Assembly (NCBI GenBank): GCA_031400955.1
Contig: JANNQW010000167.1
Span: 1-51,915, forward strand
Direction: 5' to 3'
Source: Verrucomicrobiota bacterium
GTDB taxonomy: Bacteria; Verrucomicrobiota; Verrucomicrobiia; Verrucomicrobiales; Verrucomicrobiaceae
Length of the DNA stretch: 51,915 nt
Part shown: positions 1-9,082 of the stretch, one piece after another
Layout: each line of letters opens with the position of its first letter
How positions within the stretch are numbered: position 1 is the stretch's first letter
The notes under the pieces: generated by a model
What the model was told of the DNA's origin: nothing
Seen by the model: the letters and a program-made list of their open reading frames with translations, nothing else
Databases searched by the model: none
Program-made: the position numbers and the translations under genes

Positions 1-266
1 GGCATTGCCCCAGTTGAGCCGGTGCAGATCATCGCCCTCATGGCTCTGGGTGTAGGCGATGAATCGGGTCTGAATCGGGTCAGTCCTGAATGGCGCTTAG
101 TTAAGAGGCATTTCCGTCCTCAAACCCTTGATTTTACTTGGATTTGTTTGCGGAGCAGGGCCTTAACTAAGCGCCATTCAGGACTGACCCGATTCAGACC
201 CGATTCATCGCCTACACCCAGAGCCATGAGGGCGATGATCTGCACCGGCTCAACTGGGGCAATGCC
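1..266. repeat. Perfect 105-bp inverted repeat (arms 1-105 and 162-266, 56-nt spacer) at the window edge
   Basis: Arm 1 (ggcattgccccagttgagcc...gcgcttagttaag) is the exact reverse complement of 162-266 (cttaactaagcgc...ggctcaactggggcaatgcc). Read directly from the sequence. It may extend beyond the window start. Confidence 0.9.
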
Positions 267-593
267 ATTCAAAGCATCTATGAGACCTCTGCAGCGAGCG
301 AGTGGCGCACCTATGAGGAATCAGAGGCTAACGTCCGCGAGGCTTGGGTATTGCTCGCTCAGCTTTCTTTGGCAACTCCCGAGACGGCGGCTGAACTCTC
401 ATTAGCGGTCGCTCGCTGGCACATTGCGGATTGGAGCACTCTTGCACCTGAGGCCTGTGTCGCGTTCCTCGACGAAACCGATCTCACGTTCATGGGAAAA
501 GTGAGACCAGAAGCACTGGCCGCCTGGAAATGGATATCCCCCAATTTTGAGGAGCTCATCATCATGGGAGCGCAATCCCTGCCACCGGAGTGA
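171..593 (+). CDS. Hypothetical protein, start unclear (frame open from 171; ORF track calls TTG at 351)
   Basis: Frame 3 is open from the TAA at 168-170 to the TGA at 591-593 and has coding-like composition (…FIAYTQSHEGDDLHRLNWGNAIQSIYETSAASEWRTYEES…WHIADWSTLAPEACVAFLDETD…). The N-terminal part lies inside arm 2 of the palindrome. No family recognised. Confidence 0.35.
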   Translation, partial: APFRTDPIQTRFIAYTQSHEGDDLHRLNWGNAIQSIYETSAASEWRTYEESEANVREAWVLLAQLSLATPETAAELSLAVARWHIADWSTLAPEACVAFLDETDLTFMGKVRPEALAAWKWISPNFEELIIMGAQSLPPE

Positions 594-869
594 CTGGCTG
601 CGGTGTGGCGGCGTTGCGCGAGCCACACTTGCCGTTCTCGATGACATTGCAAGGCTCATCACTTCCGCGCCTTGAGCAACAACCACAGCAGGCCGATAAC
701 TGAGCAGGCCGACATTGTCCGATGCACGCCCTGGGCCACTCCGGCCCGGCACCCACGAAAGCGAATTCCTAGCAGCAAGTGCATGGCAATTATGTCACAC
801 AACTGAGTTCACCATGCGAGAGATCTGGCAGAATTCTGGAAAGAACCTGCTACATTTCCCTTACGCCGT

Positions 870-2294
870 ATGAATTACACCAACGATTCCAACGAAATTC
901 TCGACACACACCGCAAAGCTCTCAAGATCAATCTGGACAGGCGGCGCTATGGCACGTTCGCCGAAATAGGTGCGGGACAGGAGGTCGTGCGCTGGTTCTT
1001 CCGGGTCGGCGCAGGTGCGGGCACCATCGCCAAGAGCATCTCGGCCTATGACATGACGGTGAGTGATGCTATCTATGGCAAGACCGCACGCTATGTCTGC
1101 CGGGAGCGGCTGGAAAGCATGCTCGAATACGAGTTCCGCCTTAATGTTGACCGCCTTCGTGAAAGCCGCGGCGACACCACATCCTTCTTCGCCTTTGCCG
1201 ACACAGTGGCCACGCGGAATTTCCAGGGCACGAATGAGTGCCACGGCTGGATGGGCGTGAAGTTCCAGGCGCACCCGCGCGATGAAGCCAGCCAGATTAT
1301 CGTGCACATTCGCATGCTCGATATCGAGGCTGCGCTTCAACAGGAGGCGCTGGGCATCGTCGGTGTGAATCTGCTCTACGGCGCCTTTTTTCTTCATCAT
1401 GAGCCGGAGCAGCTCATGGAGTCGCTTCTGAATAACCTCTCGATCAAGCGCATCGAGATCGACATGATCCAGTTTTCCGGCATCGAGTTCCGCCATGTGG
1501 ACGCCCGGCTCATGAGCCTGCAGCTTGTGCAACTCGGACTCAGCGATGCCGCGATGTTCGCCGCCGACGGCACGGTTCTACAGCCCTCGGAAGTGTTGCG
1601 GAAGAAGGCCATCCTCGTTGAGCGCGGCAGTTTCCGCCCGGTGTGCAACGTGAATCTCGACATGCTCCGCAGCGCCCATGAGACTTTTTGCCAGATGCCC
1701 GATGTAGCCAAGGGTGAGGTCGTCCAGTTGATGGAGATCACCATGAACAGCCTCATGACCTCCGGCCAGATCGACTACCGCGACTTCCTCGCACGCGCTG
1801 ACGTGCTGACTTCGTGTGGCAACACCGTGCTCATCTCAAATTACTTCCAATACTACCGGCTCGCGGCCTACCTTTCGCGCTACACGAAGGGGAAGATCGC
1901 AATCACCCTCGGCGTTGCCAGTCTGGCGGAACTCTTTGACGAAAAATATTATACTGAACTCGAAGGCGGCATTCTCGAGTCCTTCGGACGCCTCTTCAAA
2001 AACGACATCAAGCTGCTCGTCTATCCTCTTCAGAATCCGACGACGGGAGTGCACACCACCGTGGACAACCTCGAAGTCGCGCCTGGACTCCGGCATCTTT
2101 ATCGTCATCTCGTCGATCGCGGCAGCATCATCCAGCTCACCAACTACGATCCTGCATGCCTCCCTGTCTTCTCACGCGATGTGCTCCAGAAAATCAAGAC
2201 AGGTGATCTGTCATGGGAAACGATGGTGCCGGCGTGTGTGGCCGAGGTTATCAAGAAACGCAACTTTTTCGGATATCACCGCCTGGCTGAATGA
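870..2294 (+). CDS. Conserved hypothetical protein (474 aa), function unknown
   Basis: Long ATG-initiated ORF with coding-like composition. The N-terminal FAEIGAGQEVVRWFFRVGAGAGTIAKSISAYDM segment looks like a conserved bacterial family that I cannot name with confidence. Confidence 0.65.
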   Translation: MNYTNDSNEILDTHRKALKINLDRRRYGTFAEIGAGQEVVRWFFRVGAGAGTIAKSISAYDMTVSDAIYGKTARYVCRERLESMLEYEFRLNVDRLRESRGDTTSFFAFADTVATRNFQGTNECHGWMGVKFQAHPRDEASQIIVHIRMLDIEAALQQEALGIVGVNLLYGAFFLHHEPEQLMESLLNNLSIKRIEIDMIQFSGIEFRHVDARLMSLQLVQLGLSDAAMFAADGTVLQPSEVLRKKAILVERGSFRPVCNVNLDMLRSAHETFCQMPDVAKGEVVQLMEITMNSLMTSGQIDYRDFLARADVLTSCGNTVLISNYFQYYRLAAYLSRYTKGKIAITLGVASLAELFDEKYYTELEGGILESFGRLFKNDIKLLVYPLQNPTTGVHTTVDNLEVAPGLRHLYRHLVDRGSIIQLTNYDPACLPVFSRDVLQKIKTGDLSWETMVPACVAEVIKKRNFFGYHRLAE

Positions 2295-2482
2295 TAGCCA
2301 GGCACAAATGGCAATCCTGTTATCGGGCCGCCACGTAAATAAAAGCGGGTGGTGTGTTGCACCAGACAGTAGCGGTGGTTTAAACTCGGGAACTGCGGCT
2401 GGTCTGGCGTTGCGAAGTGCAATCTGACAGACTTGTCACATTCGATTCTTTCCCTACGGTTGTTTTCTAAGCATTCTCACCC

Positions 2483-3448
2483 ATGGTCAAGAAAGCGTCA
2501 CCCAAGAAAAAGGCAAAGGCACCTGCGACGAAGGCGGTTAAAACTCCCGACCTCTATGAGCGCATCCATCGGGAGGTCATGGATGGCTTTGACGAGGAAC
2601 TGGAGATGGAGTTGGAGGACCTCAGCGAGGAGCATCCTCTGGAAGGTCTCACCGCGAAACAAAAGAAGGAGCGGGAGTCCTTCCGGCGCCGCTACTTCAA
2701 GGAACTTCACCGGCTCCAGATCGAGCTCGTCCGCCTGCAGGAGTGGGTTTCGAAGACCAAGAACAAGCTGGTGGTCATCTTCGAGGGCCGTGACGCGGCC
2801 GGAAAGGGTGGGGCCATCAAGCGCATCACCCAGCGGCTCAATCCCCGCGTAGCCCGCGTGGCAGCGCTGCCAGCACCGACTGAGCGCGAAAAGACCCAGT
2901 GGTATTTCCAGCGTTATGTCTCCCACCTACCCGCCAGCGGCGAGATTGTGCTGTTCGACCGGAGCTGGTATAACCGCGCCGGCGTGGAGAAGGTCATGGG
3001 CTTCTGCAACGAGGCGGAGCTGGAGGAGTTTTTCCGCTCCGTGCCAGAGTTTGAGAGAATGCTCGTTCGCTCCGGCATCCAGGTCATCAAGTATTGGTTC
3101 TCGGTGCCCGATGACGAGCAGGAGTTTCGATTTCACTGCCGCATACATGACCCCTTGAAGCAGTGGAAGCTCAGCCCCATGGACCTGGAGTCCCGCCGCC
3201 GATGGGAGGACTACACCAAGGCCAAGGAGATCATGCTGGCCCGAACCCACATCCCGGAGGCACCATGGTGGGTCATCCAGTCAGAAGACAAGAAAAAAGG
3301 GCGGCTCAACTGCATCAGCCACCTTCTCAGCCAGGTGCCATATGAGAAGATGCCGAACGCGCCCATTAAGCTGCCCCCGCGAGTGCGGACTGACGGCTAT
3401 GCGCGGAAGCCCGTGCCGCCAGACATGCTGGTGCCGCAGATTTACTGA
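2483..3448 (+). CDS. ppk2: Polyphosphate kinase 2 (PPK2 family P-loop kinase)
   Basis: VVIFEGRDAAGKGGAIKRI (Walker A), FDRSWYNRAGVEKVMGFC and a KYWFSV…QWKLSPMD core are typical of PPK2. There is a lysine-rich N-terminal extension. Confidence 0.9.
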   Translation: MVKKASPKKKAKAPATKAVKTPDLYERIHREVMDGFDEELEMELEDLSEEHPLEGLTAKQKKERESFRRRYFKELHRLQIELVRLQEWVSKTKNKLVVIFEGRDAAGKGGAIKRITQRLNPRVARVAALPAPTEREKTQWYFQRYVSHLPASGEIVLFDRSWYNRAGVEKVMGFCNEAELEEFFRSVPEFERMLVRSGIQVIKYWFSVPDDEQEFRFHCRIHDPLKQWKLSPMDLESRRRWEDYTKAKEIMLARTHIPEAPWWVIQSEDKKKGRLNCISHLLSQVPYEKMPNAPIKLPPRVRTDGYARKPVPPDMLVPQIY

Positions 3449-4142
3449 ACCGCGTGGCCAGACTCATGCGTGCCAGCGCCCTGCGGGCACGTCCCCGAAA
3501 ACCTTTCCATCCCAAAACCACCCGGCCCGAGCACGCCGCGCATCCTTCGCCCAATTTGCTGGCCTGCAGCGCCGCGGCCACGGCACCAGGCACCCTCATC
3601 GTGAGCGACATCACCTACATCCCCACTCGCGAAGGCTGGCTTTACCTCGCGGTGGTCATCGACCTTTTCAGCCGCGCCATCCTGGGCTGGAAACTCTCCG
3701 ACTCTCTGCACACCGAAGTCGTCACCGCTGCTCTTCAGCACGCCCTAGACACGGGCCTGGTGATTTAGAATGCCATCTTCCACTCCGATCGTGGCTGCCA
3801 ATACTCCGCCACCCTCACCCGAGAACTGCTGGCCCGCTCCGACCTGCGTCAGAGCATGAGCGCCAAAGGTTATTGCTACGACAATGCGTTTGCCGAAAGC
3901 GCCTTCGCTTCCCTCAAATCCGAACTGCTCGATGAGGGCCAGCCCTTCGATTCCAAACAGAGCGCCCGCACCGCCGTCTTCGATTACCTCGAAACCTTCT
4001 ACAATCGCAAACGCCGCCACAGCTCGCTCGACTATCAATCTCCCCACGACTTCCTCAATCATTACTTCCAAACTCAAATCTCTCAGCTAAACTAATAACA
4101 ATACTCTGCGCTCTGCGCGTCCACTTTTTCGGGGGAAGACCA
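3445..4142 (+). mobile_element. 5'-truncated IS3-family insertion sequence remnant (right end retained)
   Basis: It carries only the OrfB integrase-core part. The reverse complement of 4115-4142 (tggtcttcccccgaaaaagtggacgcgc) resembles IS3-type terminal inverted repeats that start with TG. No OrfA/HTH part or left IR is present, and homology begins abruptly at the ppk2 stop codon. Confidence 0.75.
3454..4095 (+). pseudogene. IS3-family transposase OrfB (rve/DDE integrase core), N-terminally truncated with an in-frame TAG at 3766-3768
   Basis: A single frame reads RVARLMR…RPRKPFHPKTT…VSDITYIPTREGWLYLAVVIDLFSR…GLVI*NAIFHSDRGCQYS…GYCYDNAFAESAFASLKSE…YNRKRRHSSLDYQSP. ORFs 3454-3768 and 3856-4095 are in the same frame. 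Confidence 0.85.
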
Positions 4143-4181
4143 GACAGCGCGCCGAACATCCAAGGCCCCTCACGTCAGCCG

Positions 4182-5372
4182 CTACTTCTTACGCGACTTC
4201 ACAAACAACTCCATGCCGTCCATCGCTTTCACCAGGAGATCCGGAGCGGTGGCGTAGCAGCAGCGGACGCAGCTTTCTCCGCTGGGTCCGAAGGCCCCGC
4301 CGGGGACGACGGCAATGCTGTGCTCTTCAAGAAGCTGCATAGCGAATTCTTTTCCGGTGAGTCCAGTTGAACTCACGTCGGGGAAAACATAGAACGCGCC
4401 GCCGGGATTGAAGCAGTGGAGGCCCATGGCATTGAGCCGGCCGACGACGAAGTTGCGGCGTTCCTCGTAACTCTGACGCATGGGCTCGTAAGCTTCCGCG
4501 CCGAGTTTGAGCGCCTCGATCGCCGCCATCTGGCTCATGATCGGCGCGCAGAGCATGGTGTATTGATGGATCTTCATCATGGCCGCGGTCAGCAGCGGCG
4601 GCGCGCAGGCGTAACCGAGACGCCAGCCGGTCATGGCGAAGGCTTTGGAGAAGCCGTGCAGGAGAACGGTGCGCTCTCTCATGCCGGGAAATTCCACGAT
4701 GCTTTTATGCTGCCGACCGTCGAAGAGAAGTTCGCTGTAGATTTCGTCCGTGAAGCAGAGCAGATCGTGTTTCACGCAGAGCGCGGCAATCTTTTCCAGT
4801 TCGTCTAGCGGCTCAATGGCACCGGTTGGGTTTGTCGGAAAATTCAAGACGAGCACTTTCGATTTCGGTGTGATGACCTTGGCCACATCGGACGCGCGCA
4901 GGGCGAAGTTATCCTCCAGTCGCGTATTCACGGGCACCGGCACGCCGTAGGCCATGGTTACGGTCGGCGCGTAGGAAACGTAGCAAGGCTGATGGAAGAT
5001 CACTTCGTCGCCGGGATTCAGCACCGCGCGGAATGCGATGTCGAGTGCCTCGCTGACGCCGACCGTCACGAGAATTTCCGTCTTGGGATCGTAGTGGGTG
5101 CGGAAATGTTCCTCGACGTATTTGGCGATGCCGACGCGGAGCGATTCCAAGCCGAGGTTGCTGGTGTAACTGGTCTGGCCCTTTTCCAAAGAGCGGATCG
5201 CCGCCTCGCGGATGGGCCACGGTGTCGGCTTGTCGGGCTCGCCGACTCCGAGCGAGATGACATCGGTGCGGCCGATCACCAGCTCAAAAAAATCACGGAT
5301 GCCGCTGCGCGGGATTCCGCGAAGCTGGTCGGACAATTTTGCATCCAAATCCATCTGGCGCGTCTGGCTCAC
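4182..5372 (-). CDS. PLP-dependent aminotransferase, class I/II (aspartate/alanine aminotransferase-like)
   Basis: NFPTNPTGA and the PLP-lysine motif FSKAFAMTGWRLGY. 396 aa, typical fold-type I length. Confidence 0.9.
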   Translation of the reverse strand: MSQTRQMDLDAKLSDQLRGIPRSGIRDFFELVIGRTDVISLGVGEPDKPTPWPIREAAIRSLEKGQTSYTSNLGLESLRVGIAKYVEEHFRTHYDPKTEILVTVGVSEALDIAFRAVLNPGDEVIFHQPCYVSYAPTVTMAYGVPVPVNTRLEDNFALRASDVAKVITPKSKVLVLNFPTNPTGAIEPLDELEKIAALCVKHDLLCFTDEIYSELLFDGRQHKSIVEFPGMRERTVLLHGFSKAFAMTGWRLGYACAPPLLTAAMMKIHQYTMLCAPIMSQMAAIEALKLGAEAYEPMRQSYEERRNFVVGRLNAMGLHCFNPGGAFYVFPDVSSTGLTGKEFAMQLLEEHSIAVVPGGAFGPSGESCVRCCYATAPDLLVKAMDGMELFVKSRKK

Positions 5373-5848
5373 GGACTGATAGGCAGACGTTCTTCCTCGT
5401 CACCACTGCGAAGGAGCACACCGTCGTGTTTATAAACGCGCAGTTGAAAATGAGTGGCGGTGGAAAGCACCGCGCCGAGCGTGCTGAGTTTTTCCGCCAC
5501 GAATTTAGCGACATCATATAGATCCTTGCCTTCGACGATGACGGCGAGGTCGTAGCCGCCGCTCATGAGGTAGCAGCCGCGCACTTGATCGTATTGTGAA
5601 ATTCGGCGGGCCATGCGATCGAAGCCGCCGCCGCTTTCTGGAGTTATTTTTACCTCGATGAGGGCAGTTACGCCGCGCTCGCCGGCCTTCTCGCGATCGA
5701 TCACGGGGGCGTATCCGAGGATCACGCCATCATGTTCGAGCGCTGCGATTCGCGCAGCAACATCAGCCTCCGAGAGACCAAGTCGCGCGCCGAGTTCCGC
5801 GTTCGACTGGCGGGCGTTTTCGCTAAGAATCTGAAGCAGGCGTTCCAT
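5369..5848 (-). CDS. Lrp/AsnC-family transcriptional regulator
   Basis: N-terminal HTH (LLQILSENARQSNAELGARLGLSEADVAARIAALEHDGVILGY) plus a C-terminal RAM/AsnC_trans_reg-like domain. 4-nt overlap with the downstream aminotransferase. Confidence 0.9.
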   Translation of the reverse strand: MERLLQILSENARQSNAELGARLGLSEADVAARIAALEHDGVILGYAPVIDREKAGERGVTALIEVKITPESGGGFDRMARRISQYDQVRGCYLMSGGYDLAVIVEGKDLYDVAKFVAEKLSTLGAVLSTATHFQLRVYKHDGVLLRSGDEEERLPISP

Positions 5849-5901
5849 GCGCGAACCTAGCGCATGACGCCTGCAGAAGCCAAACGATTTCCGCGACTGA
5901 G

Positions 5902-6987
5902 TTACTTGTCGCCGAAGCTGATGCCGATGGCGCGCGCGGCGAGGACTTCCTCGCAGTCGGGTCCGACCAGTCGGAGCTTATCCACGGCGTCCTCGATAGG
6001 AACATCACCCACATGATAGCTCTGGTAGCTGACCATGCGGCCGAATCGTTTTTCTTTGATTAGGTTCACAGCCTTGACGCCGAATCGCGCGCCAAGGATG
6101 CGGTCGAGTGGTGTGGGTGAGCCCCCGCGCTGGAGATGGCCGAGGCGCACGTCGCGAGTTTCATGGCCGGTGCGCTTCTCGACTTCGCTGGCCACGAAGG
6201 CACCGATGCCGCCCAGTTTCACCTGCTGCTTGGCTTCGTCGATTTCACTGCGCTTCATCAGGCCGCCATCTTCAAGGTGGGCACCTTCGGCCACAACGAT
6301 GAGCACGCTGCGGTGGCCGTGGGTGTAGAGCCGGTTCACATGGTGGGCCACATTCTCCAGCGTAAACGGAATTTCCGGGATCAGGACGATGTCCGCACCG
6401 CCACCGATGCCGCCATAGAGCGCAATCCAGCCGGCCCCGCGGCCCATGACTTCCACGACCATGACGCGCTGGTGGCTTTCCGCTGTGGTATGCAGGCAGT
6501 CCAAGGCGTCGACCACCGTGCCGACGGCTGAGTAGAATCCGAACGTCATTGATGTGGCATCGAGGTCGTTGTCGATCGTTTTGGGAATACCTACGGCGGG
6601 CACACCTTCCTGGCAAAGTTGCAGGCAGGTGGTGAGTGATCCGTCGCCACCGACAACGATGAGAGCATCGATGCCGAGGTATTTGATCGTGACCTTCGCC
6701 TGATCCATGATTTCCGGCGGAACTTTGGCGATATTGTCCACGCCGACCTTGGCGGCGAAGTGCCCCTTGTTCGTGGTTCCGAGAATGGTGCCACCGAGCT
6801 TCAGAATGCCGACAGTGCGTTCCGTGTCGAGCTTGATGTGGCCCGGGCCGTTGGGGAGCAGGCCTTCGAAGCCGTCGCGGAATCCGATCACCTCCCAACC
6901 GAGTTCGGAGGCCGCGCCGACGACGCCGTGAATGACCGCATTGAGTCCGGGGCAATCGCCTCCGCTGTTGAGAATACCGATGCGCAT
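5902..6987 (-). CDS. pfk: 6-phosphofructokinase
   Basis: MRIGILNSGGDCPGLNAV, VVGGDGS, IPKTIDNDL and VEVMGRGAGW. I moved the start to the ATG at 6987 (MRIGIL…), because the 7089 start of the ORF track would overlap the upstream gene. Confidence 0.9.
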   Translation of the reverse strand: MRIGILNSGGDCPGLNAVIHGVVGAASELGWEVIGFRDGFEGLLPNGPGHIKLDTERTVGILKLGGTILGTTNKGHFAAKVGVDNIAKVPPEIMDQAKVTIKYLGIDALIVVGGDGSLTTCLQLCQEGVPAVGIPKTIDNDLDATSMTFGFYSAVGTVVDALDCLHTTAESHQRVMVVEVMGRGAGWIALYGGIGGGADIVLIPEIPFTLENVAHHVNRLYTHGHRSVLIVVAEGAHLEDGGLMKRSEIDEAKQQVKLGGIGAFVASEVEKRTGHETRDVRLGHLQRGGSPTPLDRILGARFGVKAVNLIKEKRFGRMVSYQSYHVGDVPIEDAVDKLRLVGPDCEEVLAARAIGISFGDK

Positions 6988-7024
6988 GGTGCTTTTAATG
7001 GGAGTGGGAGTTTGAGGGTTGGTA

Positions 7025-7981
7025 TTAGAAAAAGCCGAGAAGTTCCTTGCGATCCAGGACCGGACGACCGGCGCGAAGCCAGCCGTCATAGCCGCTCCAT
7101 CCAGAACGAAGCAGGGACTGTGCCTCCGTGAAAGGATCTACGGAACCGAGCACGACAACCACCATGCGATGGCGGAAAACGGCGTCCTTCCCGTCCGCCT
7201 GGCGCACCACGGTGCCGGGGCGTTCCTCGGTGACGATGACGCAACCGCCTGAGGCCGGGGTGTTTCCAGTCTTCACTCCGTCGATGGTGCCGGTGCCCAG
7301 CAGCAGATTGGTATTGTGCAGCGGAACGGTGAGCCGCTGGCCGGCGCGGTAGACGGTGATATCCCGGTTTTTTTGATTGGTATAAAAACGAAACGGCGCG
7401 CGGGAGAGCGCATACATCGTGAACCGGGCCATGTCGGCGGCACTTGAGACCGTAACGGACCGCCCGAGTTCCGCGCCATGCGGGCTGATGAAACGCGTCT
7501 GCTTGCAACCTTCACGCCCGGCCAGTTTGTTCATCTCGGAAACAAAGGCATCGACTGGACTGCCCCCACGACCGCGGCGGCGCAAGATGTCACCGCCGAC
7601 GAATTCCGCCAGGACCGTGGCAGCGGCGCTGTCGCTCACCATCATCGAGGCGTAGATCAGATCGCGCAGCGTGAGTTGATCACCGGGCAGAAGACCCATG
7701 CCGTTCGCGCCCGCGATCTGGAGCGAGTCCGGAGAGACCGTGGCCAGCACATTGAGGTTTACCTTGGTGACATCCGACCAGTCGAGCGCCACCAGTGCGA
7801 CTGCGATCTGGGAGAGTCCGCCAACAGCGCGCTTTACGTTGGCGTCGAACGCGACATGAACCTTCTTATTGTAGAGATCCACGGCTATCATGCTCTGAGC
7901 ACGAAGCGCGCCAGCACAAAGGAACACCACAGCGCTGAACACGAGTAGACGTCTCACAAAATTCACTGACGATGGTAACAT
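7025..7981 (-). CDS. Peptidase S11 (D-alanyl-D-alanine carboxypeptidase)-like protein, catalytic motifs degenerate
   Basis: Signal peptide. Family-typical FVSEMNKLAG…TRFISPHG, SSAADMARF, HNTNLLLG and GVKTGNTPASGGC (KTG box). The SxxK position reads GGLSQIAV and SGN reads SDS. Confidence 0.7.
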   Translation of the reverse strand: MLPSSVNFVRRLLVFSAVVFLCAGALRAQSMIAVDLYNKKVHVAFDANVKRAVGGLSQIAVALVALDWSDVTKVNLNVLATVSPDSLQIAGANGMGLLPGDQLTLRDLIYASMMVSDSAAATVLAEFVGGDILRRRGRGGSPVDAFVSEMNKLAGREGCKQTRFISPHGAELGRSVTVSSAADMARFTMYALSRAPFRFYTNQKNRDITVYRAGQRLTVPLHNTNLLLGTGTIDGVKTGNTPASGGCVIVTEERPGTVVRQADGKDAVFRHRMVVVVLGSVDPFTEAQSLLRSGWSGYDGWLRAGRPVLDRKELLGFF

Positions 7982-8127
7982 GGAGAGCGGAGTCTACCGA
8001 TGGAGATATGCGGCGCAACTGAAACGTGCTGCGCGGTTGCCGTAATCCGTTGAATCGTGCATGGATTTGAATTCTGCGGAATCGTGGCTTGACTCGAATC
8101 GGAATACGAGAAACAGAAGCCATTCTT

Positions 8128-8541
8128 ATGCCCACAGCCGAAACCACATCCAACCTCCTGCACCGCTACTACGCGCTGTTCAATGCCGGCGACCGCGAAT
8201 CTTTCCTCGCCCTGCTGACAGATGATGTGGCGCACGATATTAATCAGGGCGGTTGTGAAAGAGGCATGGAAAATTTCCGCAAGTTCCTCGGCCGCATGGA
8301 TCGCTGCTACCGCGAGCAAGTGGAGGATCTGGTCGTGCTCTCGAATCCAGACGGCACGCGCGCGGCGGCGGAGTTTTATATCCGCGGCGAATATCTCACG
8401 ACCGATGAAGGCCTGCCGGAAGCTGCGGGGCAGAAATACTGGCTGCGCGTCGGCGCGTTCTTTGAAATCCGGGACGGTAAAATTGCGCGGGTGACGAACT
8501 ACTACAATCTGCAGGAATGGCTACGGCAGGTGGGCGCGTAA
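8128..8541 (+). CDS. SnoaL-like / NTF2-fold (ketosteroid-isomerase-related) protein
   Basis: LLHRYYALFNAGDRESFLALLTDDVAHD…AAAEFYIRGEY…FFEIRDGKIARVTNYYN is a typical SnoaL_2/NTF2-like pattern. The ATG at 8128 is preferred over the TTG at 8089. Confidence 0.7.
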   Translation: MPTAETTSNLLHRYYALFNAGDRESFLALLTDDVAHDINQGGCERGMENFRKFLGRMDRCYREQVEDLVVLSNPDGTRAAAEFYIRGEYLTTDEGLPEAAGQKYWLRVGAFFEIRDGKIARVTNYYNLQEWLRQVGA

Positions 8542-8543
8542 TC

Positions 8544-8909
8544 TCAGCCAGCGTTTTTTTGTGGCAGCAGCAGGGTCGTCCAGCCTGCCAGCAACAACAG
8601 ACCGCCGAAAGGCGTGATGGCACCCAGCCACTTCAGGCCAGTCACACTCAGGAGATACAGACTCCCGCTGAACAAAACTATCCCGGCCAGCCAGCAAAGG
8701 GCACTGCGACGAAATTCAGCTCCCGCCAGCGCCACCGACAGCAGGGCGACCGAATGCACGAGGTGGTATTGAGCCGCAGTTTTCCAAGTCTCCATGTACT
8801 GCGAACCTTCAAGTGTGTTTTTCAAAGCATGGGCGCCAAACGCTCCCAGAGCCACGGCAAGAAACCCTGCAACAGCGGCGGCGACAAGCAGGGAACGGTC
8901 AGGCTTCAC
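8544..8909 (-). CDS. DUF423-family small membrane protein
   Basis: 121 aa with four hydrophobic helices. LGAFGAHAL…AAQYHLVHSVALL…LFSGSLYLL is characteristic of DUF423 (YgdD-like). Confidence 0.8.
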   Translation of the reverse strand: MKPDRSLLVAAAVAGFLAVALGAFGAHALKNTLEGSQYMETWKTAAQYHLVHSVALLSVALAGAEFRRSALCWLAGIVLFSGSLYLLSVTGLKWLGAITPFGGLLLLAGWTTLLLPQKNAG

Positions 8910-9082
8910 CCGCCCACGCTGGCAGGCGGCACTGGAAAATCAAGCGACACATCTGTCCGAAGGGCCGGGTTTACCCACTGCAGTAAAAATTATGTGTTCC
9001 TTTTCCTTGTCACTAAGGGGGCACTGGCCTATATAAATCAGACAACAACTCCCAACCTCAACAGCGCCGCTGTTTCAGTCGC

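Noticed and set aside
22-405. 127-aa ORF spanning the palindrome at the window start
   Set aside because: It reads through both arms and the spacer of the inverted repeat, so the first and last thirds are mirror artefacts, and the composition is not coding-like. The frame-3 ORF ending at 593 is more plausible.
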